Shown here piece after piece: positions 25,093 to 31,076 of a stretch of 33,347 nucleotides of DNA. A program made the translations under genes and the position numbers. The notes beneath the pieces were generated by a model. It ran no database searches and was not told the origin of the DNA. It saw only the letters and a list, made by a program, of their open reading frames with translations. This stretch comes from Saprospiraceae bacterium (GTDB lineage Bacteria > Bacteroidota > Bacteroidia > Chitinophagales > Saprospiraceae), in NCBI GenBank assembly GCA_031373015.1, contig JANMME010001047.1, positions 1 through 33,347 of the forward strand, written 5' to 3'. The first letter of the stretch is position 1. The number at the start of each line of letters is the position of its first letter.

Positions 25093-26073
25093 ATGAAGTA
25101 TTCATTGAGTCAGTCCTTGATTGGGCAAATTGCGGCATTAAGTCATTCTTTTAAACCTTACCGATATTTAGAAGGAGATACTTTAATTTCTTGGCCTTTA
25201 AGCCCAGAGCGGGGGCAGTTGTTGATAACTTTAACTTTGTTACCTTTGGATACCGCCACATTTAATAGAATTTTTAAGTCTTCAACTTTTAAGACAGCAG
25301 ATTTAGAATATGCAATTCTTAATGGTGCTTATCTAAGTCGGGCAAATTTAGCTGGAGCAGATTTACGTGGAGCGAATTTAAGCGGAGCAGATTTAAGTAG
25401 TGCGAATTTAGGCGAAGCAGATTTGCGTCGAGCGAATTTAAGTAAAGCGGATTTACATAGTGCGAATTTAGAGGACGCAAATTTATGTAAGGCAGATTTA
25501 TGGGGAGTGAATTTTAGCGAGGTGATTTTGGCCAGAAGGGATTTCCGTCAAGTAAATTTGAATAATACAATACTTCGAAAGGCAAATCTAATACTATGTG
25601 ATTTAAGTGAGGCATACTTGGATTCTACAGACCTGAGCGATGCAAATTTGAGTGGGGCGAATCTCTCCGAAGCGTATTTAACAAAAGCAAAATTGAGTGG
25701 GGCAACTTTATTTGGGGCGAATTTTAGTCATGCTATACTAACGCAGGCGGATTTGACTAAAGCCAATTTTCTTTATAGTAGCGGTGATGATGATTTACTA
25801 ATATGGAGCTATTTTAACCAGAAACAAGGCGACATGAAAGATGAGAAAAGAATTAAGGATGCAGCATTGCTTGGCGCTTATTTGGATGAAGCTAATTTGA
25901 CTGGGACCATTTTGAGCCTTAAACAAATTTCTGAAGCCAAGACGCTTTACAAATGCGTTGGGCTTCACGATTCCCTAAATTCCAACCTTTTGAAAACCCA
26001 CCTATACCTTTTTGAAAAACCAAAAAATGATCACCACAAGCTAACCCGGCCACCATTCGATTATTGTAATTAA
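25093..26073 (+). CDS. Pentapeptide-repeat protein
   Basis: Roughly 30 consecutive A(D/N)LxX pentapeptides (ANLAGADLRGANLSGADLSSANLGEADLRRANLSKADLHSANLEDANL...). The ATG at 25093 is preferred; the listed start at 25054 is TTG. Confidence 0.85.
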   Translation: MKYSLSQSLIGQIAALSHSFKPYRYLEGDTLISWPLSPERGQLLITLTLLPLDTATFNRIFKSSTFKTADLEYAILNGAYLSRANLAGADLRGANLSGADLSSANLGEADLRRANLSKADLHSANLEDANLCKADLWGVNFSEVILARRDFRQVNLNNTILRKANLILCDLSEAYLDSTDLSDANLSGANLSEAYLTKAKLSGATLFGANFSHAILTQADLTKANFLYSSGDDDLLIWSYFNQKQGDMKDEKRIKDAALLGAYLDEANLTGTILSLKQISEAKTLYKCVGLHDSLNSNLLKTHLYLFEKPKNDHHKLTRPPFDYCN

Positions 26074-26367
26074 TGGGCGTTTGAAAGCAAGAAGGTTGGA
26101 TATAGTATCACAAATGGCCTAATACCTTTGTTTTGCTTAGGGTGGGCCTTTTGTTCGTTCGCTCTCCTAAGCCAAGGCAACTCAAAGTACTCGAATTCAA
26201 AACACGGCCCCTGCCGATGGTTGGTAAGCAGACAAAATTGACAATTTAATTCTGCATTTTGAGGGCACAGTAACAACCTAAACCCTCCCCATTTCTCCTA
26301 TTTGAACCACCTTTGTATGCAATTTCGCCCTTATCCTCTTTGATGGAGAGTTGACAAAGTAAGCGGT

Positions 26368-26838
26368 TTAGCTTGTTAACGCGGCTGAAATGTCAGCGGG
26401 TGATGCAATGAGTGCGCCAAGTAGTTCAAAATACCCAGTACGGATTTCATCGGAGAGGCGGCAACCGCTATACTTCCCAACGGCAAGCAATGCCCACAAA
26501 GTCGTATCCATGCCCTCGAAAGTGGCTACCTGCAATCTGAGAACCAAGCCGCCCGGCGTAAAATAATACCCTCCGTTTTCATGCACATCGGGCGGGGTGT
26601 CGAGTGCCATAACACCCGCTTTCATTTGAGCGGGCAAGGGATGAAGCGAGCAAAGCAACCCGACCGCGTGGCTTTGTAAGTACGAGACATCGGGGGGAAG
26701 TGGCTCATGGAAACAGTCGAGCAGGGAAATAAAAGAATGGCGCACGGACGTAATCCAATCAAGTGGCGCGGAGGTACAGATATGGATTTCAGCAAATGAA
26801 GGTTTGCCGGGATGAAATGAAATTCGAGGCGCGGGCAT
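26368..26838 (-). CDS. Hypothetical protein (156 aa)
   Basis: ATG-initiated ORF with no recognisable motif. It lies directly downstream of a terminator with no room for a promoter, so expression is uncertain. Confidence 0.4.
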   Translation of the reverse strand: MPAPRISFHPGKPSFAEIHICTSAPLDWITSVRHSFISLLDCFHEPLPPDVSYLQSHAVGLLCSLHPLPAQMKAGVMALDTPPDVHENGGYYFTPGGLVLRLQVATFEGMDTTLWALLAVGKYSGCRLSDEIRTGYFELLGALIASPADISAALTS

Positions 26839-26861
26839 AAGAAAGTAGTTTTGACGGTTGG

Positions 26862-26894
26862 AAAAAACAGAAGCGGCCTACTGATTAGGCCGCT
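26862..26894 (-). terminator. Rho-independent terminator of the SH3-like gene
   Basis: Minus strand: AGCGGCCUA-AUCAG-UAGGCCGCU followed by UCUGUUUUUU. Overlaps the stop at 26885-26887. Confidence 0.7.
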
Positions 26895-27217
26895 ACTTTT
26901 AAAATGCGTTCGGCACGGAAAGAACGCCATGCGTTTTTGTCGAGGTCGAAATACTTAATGGCGGTTGGGTTTTCGGCGCGGTCGCTGCCTTTGTGCTCGT
27001 ACTGGAAAAGGGTTGGGTTGAGTGTGCCGTAGGCTTCCCGCACTTCGCCGTCTTGCTTTTGGAAAACGAAACGGGTAGCACCAAGGCGAAGGGCAACACG
27101 GAGGCGAACAATTTGCCACGCTTGCGCCTGACATTGCCCCCATGTAAGGAACTGGTTTTGGCGGCGGATTTGGTGAGCGAGGGTAAGGATTTCGGAGCGG
27201 TTGAATTGCTGTTTCAT
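26885..27217 (-). CDS. Small SH3 beta-barrel-like protein (DUF2693/WYL_2-like)
   Basis: GATRFVFQKQDGEVREAYGTLNP...IKYFDLDKNAWRSFRAERIL matches my recollection of the Bacteroidota SH3-fold DUF2693 pattern. The ATG at 27215-27217 sits correctly behind a consensus promoter. Confidence 0.5.
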   Translation of the reverse strand: MKQQFNRSEILTLAHQIRRQNQFLTWGQCQAQAWQIVRLRVALRLGATRFVFQKQDGEVREAYGTLNPTLFQYEHKGSDRAENPTAIKYFDLDKNAWRSFRAERILKVAA

Positions 27218-27239
27218 ATTCTGTTTGCGTTTGATGGTA

Positions 27240-27272
27240 CAAATATACGCACGAATATTTGTCAATTACAAA
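27240..27272 (-). promoter_or_regulatory. Bacteroidota-type promoter for the SH3-like gene
   Basis: The minus strand reads TTTG (27272-27269), 21 nt, then TATATTTG (27247-27240), about 22 nt upstream of the ATG. Confidence 0.55.
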
Positions 27273-27334
27273 TAAACGTGCGAAAATTTGCAGACTATTT
27301 TCGCAGAGGACAGAAAAGCCTATATTTTTACAGC

Positions 27335-27571
27335 ATGAAAAGCAGGGACTACAAAAAAGAACACATCGAAAGGCGAATCAGCATATTAAATGGCGACGGC
27401 GAACTGATAGGCGTTTGGGGCAACCTGAAAAAGTTGTGCGAAGACATGAAAGAACAGGACGGCGAGTTTCTGAGTTACTCCACCCTATCCCATCGGCGAG
27501 CCGACGAAAACCCGATTCGATTTAAGACCGGGCAAAAGGAGTATGCGGTTTATATTGAGAAAATAAGGTGA
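27335..27571 (+). CDS. Hypothetical small protein (78 aa)
   Basis: ATG at 27335. The upstream part of the listed ORF 26993..27571 is antisense to the SH3-like gene and is discounted. Confidence 0.45.
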   Translation: MKSRDYKKEHIERRISILNGDGELIGVWGNLKKLCEDMKEQDGEFLSYSTLSHRRADENPIRFKTGQKEYAVYIEKIR

Positions 27572-27648
27572 GCCAAAAATAGAATGCAGCACTTAGTACG
27601 CTAAGTCTTCAACTGTCGGAAGGAAACTCCTGTATTTAGCGGAACTAT

Positions 27649-28341
27649 TTGTCATTCTCAAAGATTAATTACTCCATGAGCGAGAAACTAATGTCCTCGA
27701 ATGAAGCAATAAAACTTCATCTAATGGAAATCGAAGAAATAAATGGGAGGGTAAGAGCGTCCGCCTACAGAAGAGCGTTAAGAGATGCCAGGATAGCAAC
27801 AGGTCGAAATCCAGCCGATGGTGAAAAAACAAATGAATTCTTGCATGGGAATTGGCTTGGAGCACTTGGCTATTTATCGCTTTTAGATCAAATAGGCACT
27901 TGTTTTAAACCCATTAATATGGTAAAATCAGAGGGTCGTAACTCAATCATTAAGGCATTGAATTGTTTTTCTGATTTGGACAAACAAGAGTCATTTGCTT
28001 TATTCGCTTTGCGATGTTCGTTTGCGCATGATTTCAGTTTATTTAATATCCCAAGTGAAAAAGATAGAGACAAAGAATTACTGACTCACCATTTTACAGT
28101 GGGTATTGGCAACGAATTCCCACTCGTTTATCTTCCTTTCAGATTATGGAGTGGGAAACATGAAGATAGAAACAAATATAACAAAACTTTTGTAAATCTT
28201 GAAAAGCTTGGAGATTTAGTGGAAGAAATATGTGGGAAAATCCAAGCCCTTGCAGACTCAGGACAATTAGGCTTTGTCTTAAAAGGTGAGTCGGATGAAC
28301 TGATTTACCGATATAATGCCATTTGGTCTGAAAAAAGGTAA
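27649..28341 (+). CDS. Hypothetical protein with an R-x4-H (HEPN-like) motif
   Basis: 230 aa and AT-rich. Predicted helical N-terminal half (LHGNWLGALGYLSLLDQIG), and ALRCSFAHD (R122-x4-H127) fits the minimal HEPN active-site motif. Confidence 0.5.
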   Translation: MSFSKINYSMSEKLMSSNEAIKLHLMEIEEINGRVRASAYRRALRDARIATGRNPADGEKTNEFLHGNWLGALGYLSLLDQIGTCFKPINMVKSEGRNSIIKALNCFSDLDKQESFALFALRCSFAHDFSLFNIPSEKDRDKELLTHHFTVGIGNEFPLVYLPFRLWSGKHEDRNKYNKTFVNLEKLGDLVEEICGKIQALADSGQLGFVLKGESDELIYRYNAIWSEKR

Positions 28342-28342
28342 A

Positions 28343-28377
28343 ACCGTGTTGCCCGGTGTTTGACCGTCAATCATTCT
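28343..28377 (+). repeat. Element X, truncated copy (left arm and loop of a terminator hairpin)
   Basis: ACCGTGTTGCCCGGTGTTTGACCGTCAATCATTCT is identical to 30074-30108. Here the right hairpin arm is replaced by the hsdS remnant. Confidence 0.9.
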
Positions 28378-28456
28378 GGCGCAAGCGGGTCAATTTGCAG
28401 CTTTGGAGGGTTTGTTTCCGGTGGTGTTAGAGAATGCGTTTCGTGCGGAGTGGTGA
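28378..28456 (+). pseudogene. hsdS: Remnant of a second hsdS gene (last ~26 codons plus stop)
   Basis: 81-bp alignment to 22953-23033 with about 11 mismatches. Reads in frame as AQAGQFAALEGLFPVVLENAFRAEW* against AQAGQLSALEGLFPGVLEKAFRGEW*. Confidence 0.85.
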
Positions 28457-28534
28457 GGCTACTTTTTTCGTGCTTTTTTTGTAGTTTTTTGGTGGCTTTT
28501 TGCTGGATTATTGCTACCTAATAAATCCTAACCC

Positions 28535-29572
28535 ATGTCAAAATCGCTGAAATTTGTCCCCTACGAAAACCACTCCGGGTTTGACCCTGATTTGCGGACG
28601 CATTTGCCAACCCTTCCAAAAAGGTACACGCTGATTTTGGATGAAGCCATTTCAGGCGAAGCACCCAAAGATTTTATTCGTGTGTACGAGTACGGACGAA
28701 GCCCGCGCAAAAGCAATCCAAAAACATGGACACCCTACATTGCCAAAGTCGCCCGGAAATGGTATCCCAATGAAAGCATCACGGAACATTTGCTCAATCG
28801 TTTGGGTTTTGCTTTGGGCGTGACGGTCGCCAACTCCCGGTTGGCCGTGGATGATGAATTTGGACGGCTTCGGTTTTTAAGCGAGTATTTTTTGAGGCCG
28901 GGCGAAAGGCTCGAACACGGTGCAGAAATTTACGCGGGTTATCTCTCCGATGAATCGTTGGTGGAAGAAATTGAGAAGGACAGGCGAACCGTTCGGAACT
29001 TTTTTACGTTTCAGTTTTCGGAATGTGCCATTCAGCACCGCTTTGGGCATGGCGACATTTCCCAAAAGATTACGGAAGACTTGGTGCGAATGCTCTGTTT
29101 TGATGCCGTTACAGGCAATAATGACCGACATATTTACAATTGGGGGATCATTTGTCATGTTAAAGGAGAACGTGCACCACGTTTTTCTCCCGTTTATGAT
29201 TCAGCACGGGGGCTGTTCTGGAATGAGCATGAAGAAAAATTAGTGCGTTTTCAGGAAAAAACATCCGATGGGGTAACGAACCTCGAAAGATATGCCGTAA
29301 GTTCGATGCCTCGAATCGGCTGGGAGGGGGTACAAAATCCCAACCATTTTGAATTGGCTCGTTTAATATATCAAAACCGCCCTGAATTTCGTTTCGTATT
29401 TGATGACATGGTTAACCCCGCTTGCGAAGCAAATGCGAATGTTTTACTGGAAAAAGAATTTGAAAAATTGTTCTCCCCAACCCGTTACGATTTGATTAGG
29501 AAGTGTCTTAATTTGCGCTTCCAAATGCTCACCAAAATTATTCACCAAATAAAAAAGGAGGAACGCACATGA
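28535..29572 (+). CDS. HipA-family Ser/Thr kinase, C-terminal (kinase) domain only (HipT-like)
   Basis: DAVTGNNDRHIYNWGII (catalytic D-x-H-x-x-N) and RFSPVYDSARGL (Mg-binding xPxYD). The YIAKV...ESITEHLLNRLGFALGV region resembles the HipA ATP-site/helix region. The HipA N-terminal subdomain is absent. Confidence 0.75.
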   Translation: MSKSLKFVPYENHSGFDPDLRTHLPTLPKRYTLILDEAISGEAPKDFIRVYEYGRSPRKSNPKTWTPYIAKVARKWYPNESITEHLLNRLGFALGVTVANSRLAVDDEFGRLRFLSEYFLRPGERLEHGAEIYAGYLSDESLVEEIEKDRRTVRNFFTFQFSECAIQHRFGHGDISQKITEDLVRMLCFDAVTGNNDRHIYNWGIICHVKGERAPRFSPVYDSARGLFWNEHEEKLVRFQEKTSDGVTNLERYAVSSMPRIGWEGVQNPNHFELARLIYQNRPEFRFVFDDMVNPACEANANVLLEKEFEKLFSPTRYDLIRKCLNLRFQMLTKIIHQIKKEERT

Positions 29573-29982
29573 AAATCACATGGCTACGCCGCTGGCAGCG
29601 TTCCGAAAATGCCAGCGTACAAGACGCGGAAAAGCCGATGAAATCCGCCCCCCGACTTGTTTTCCGGCTCATTTACGAAAACAATGAGATCGGAACACTT
29701 GAATTTAGTGACAGCCAATGGCGGTTTGTTTACTCTGACTGGTTCAAAAACCAATCGGACATTCAGCCATTTGCCAATTTCCCAGAGGTAAACCGTGAGT
29801 ATATTTCCGATGACTTGCCCCCATTTTTTGAAAGTCGTTTGCCCGGAATTTCTCAACCACAGGTAGAGGCTTTTTTGAAAGAAAAAGTACAAGTCAGCGA
29901 AGGCGAAACAAAGGCGGCTCTGTTAAAGCAATTTGGTCGGCGCACCATTACCAACCCGTTTGAGTTGGCCCCGGCTTTTTAA
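29569..29982 (+). CDS. HipA N-terminal-subdomain-like protein (HipS-like)
   Basis: IGTLEFSDSQWRFVYSDWF...LPPFFESRLPG...LLKQFGRRTITNPFEL follows the HipA N-terminal coupling-domain pattern. ATGA overlap with the kinase gene. An alternative start is M24 at 29638. Confidence 0.6.
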   Translation: MKITWLRRWQRSENASVQDAEKPMKSAPRLVFRLIYENNEIGTLEFSDSQWRFVYSDWFKNQSDIQPFANFPEVNREYISDDLPPFFESRLPGISQPQVEAFLKEKVQVSEGETKAALLKQFGRRTITNPFELAPAF

Positions 29983-30005
29983 ACTTTTCCGCGTTGATAG
30001 AAATC

Positions 30006-30041
30006 GAAAGACCTTTTGCTTTTAGTGGCAAAGGGTCTTTC
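30006..30041 (+). terminator. Hairpin after the HipS-like gene
   Basis: GAAAGACCTTTTGC / GCAAAGGGTCTTTC, a 14-bp stem with one G-U; the U-tract is weak. Confidence 0.5.
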
Positions 30042-30073
30042 TGATTTGAGGGCTACCCCTTAACTTTGTCCCG

Positions 30074-30131
30074 ACCGTGTTGCCCGGTGTTTGACCGTCA
30101 ATCATTCTTTGCAGGGGCAACACGGTTTTTT
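30074..30131 (+). terminator. Element X, complete copy: large-loop hairpin plus T6
   Basis: CCGTGTTGCCC (30075-30085), a 29-nt loop, GGGCAACACGG (30115-30125), then TTTTTT. Confidence 0.6.
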
Positions 30132-30160
30132 CACTTAGGATTAGGGGTTCGTCTTAAAGC

Positions 30161-30214
30161 AAGTGGTGTAAAAAGTGGGTTATTTTACACCACTTTTTAC
30201 ACCACTTGTTTTTT
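30161..30214 (+). terminator. 18-bp-stem hairpin plus T-run near the island right end (also a candidate recombinase-binding inverted repeat)
   Basis: AAGTGGTGTAAAAAGTGG (30161-30178), an 11-nt loop, CCACTTTTTACACCACTT (30190-30207), then GTTTTTT. Confidence 0.6.
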
Positions 30215-30264
30215 ATAGCGACTTAAATAATTGATTATTAGTGCTTTGTGCGAAAGGGTTAAAG

Positions 30265-30279
30265 TCCCTCTCTCTCCGC
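30265..30279 (+). repeat. attR core (duplicated tRNA-Ser 3' end)
   Basis: TCCCTCTCTCTCCGC with no tRNA body upstream. Confidence 0.8.
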
Positions 30280-30377
30280 TTTAACCGCCGAAGCACCGCC
30301 GCCCGAAGGGCAAGGTGCGTAGGCGGTGCGCCAAGCCACACCGCCGCCCGAAGGGCAAGGTGCGTAGGCGGTGCGCC
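30280..30377. repeat. REP-like palindromic units (two 39-nt copies) downstream of attR
   Basis: TTTAACCGCC followed by CACCGCCGCCCGAAGGGCAAGGTGCGTAGGCGGTGCGCC at 30294-30332 and 30339-30377. Confidence 0.85.
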
Positions 30378-30381
30378 ATTA

Positions 30382-30417
30382 AAAAGCCTGATCTTTTTAG
30401 ATCGGGCTTTTGTTTTT
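30382..30417 (+). terminator. Rho-independent terminator (probably the original tRNA-Ser terminator)
   Basis: AAAAGCCTGATCT / AGATCGGGCTTTT stem with one G-U, followed by TGTTTTT. Confidence 0.65.
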
Positions 30418-30679
30418 GGAATGGCCCTGCGCTTTTTTTCATTTGCACCAAGATACTTTTTCATCTTTAAAAATTCCCCGTTGGGAGGAGAATCATCCTC
30501 GTTGAGTGACCTTGGTCATCCATTAAATGGCCATCAACCCCACTTTTGCCTTCAACAAGCCTAAAGAGTTCGGAAATCTTTTAGGCCCAAAAAACAAACT
30601 GGAAGCAACCCTCTACCCAAAATGCTCGTTTCACCGACGGAACTTCACACGCTTCTGACTAATTCCAATCTTGATCTAT

Positions 30680-31045
30680 ATGCAAAAACTGCTTCTATCG
30701 GCTGTGCTCCTGGTGTGCATGGCCCAATCATGCACTACTATCACCGTAGAGCCCGATGCACCTGTCCCTACGGTCAGTTATCAAAGCGACATAGCCCCGA
30801 TCATCGCCGCCAATTGCGCCCAACCAGGTTGCCACGGCACGGAAAGGCCAGAAAAATTCAACTTGCTTTCCTACGCGGAGCTCTCCAGCCTGGTGGTGCC
30901 AAACAAACCTCACAGCAGCAAACTGTACGATGTCATCCGACTCTACGATGGTGGCGTCATGCCGCCCGCGCCTAACGCCCCGCTTACAGATGTCCAAATT
31001 GGGCAGATTTATGTCTGGATCTTACAAGGGGCGACCGAAAACTAA
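30680..31045 (+). CDS. Small lipoprotein with a cytochrome-c-like (PSCyt1-like) domain, C-x4-CH variant
   Basis: Lipobox LVCMAQSC and the motif IAPIIAANCAQPGCHG...MPP...IYVWILQGA. The ATG at 30680 is preferred; the listed start at 30671 is TTG. Confidence 0.6.
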   Translation: MQKLLLSAVLLVCMAQSCTTITVEPDAPVPTVSYQSDIAPIIAANCAQPGCHGTERPEKFNLLSYAELSSLVVPNKPHSSKLYDVIRLYDGGVMPPAPNAPLTDVQIGQIYVWILQGATEN

Positions 31046-31076
31046 CTTACAATAATTCGCTGATTTCCAATTTTTT

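Larger units (their letters stand above)
13976..30279 (+). mobile_element. tRNA-Ser(CGA)-integrated genomic island (~16.3 kb): integrase, RCR Rep, type I R-M, accessory defence/toxin cargo
   Basis: Bounded by a 15-bp direct repeat (TCCCTCTCTCTCCGC). The integrase gene lies next to the intact tRNA. The tRNA-type downstream context resumes after the right repeat. Confidence 0.8.

Noticed and set aside
26070-26276. 68-aa minus-strand ORF after the pentapeptide-repeat gene
   Set aside because: Cys-rich low-complexity translation with no motif and no promoter or terminator context. Treated as non-coding spacer.
26993-27334. N-terminal 114 codons of track ORF 26993..27571
   Set aside because: This part is antisense to the SH3-like gene and spans its promoter. 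Only the ATG-initiated 78-codon 3' part (27335..27571) is plausible.
30213-30564. Track ORFs 30213..30464(-) and 30241..30564(+)
   Set aside because: They overlap attR, the REP-like units and a terminator. The repeated peptide (APPTHLALRAAV twice) is a repeat translation.
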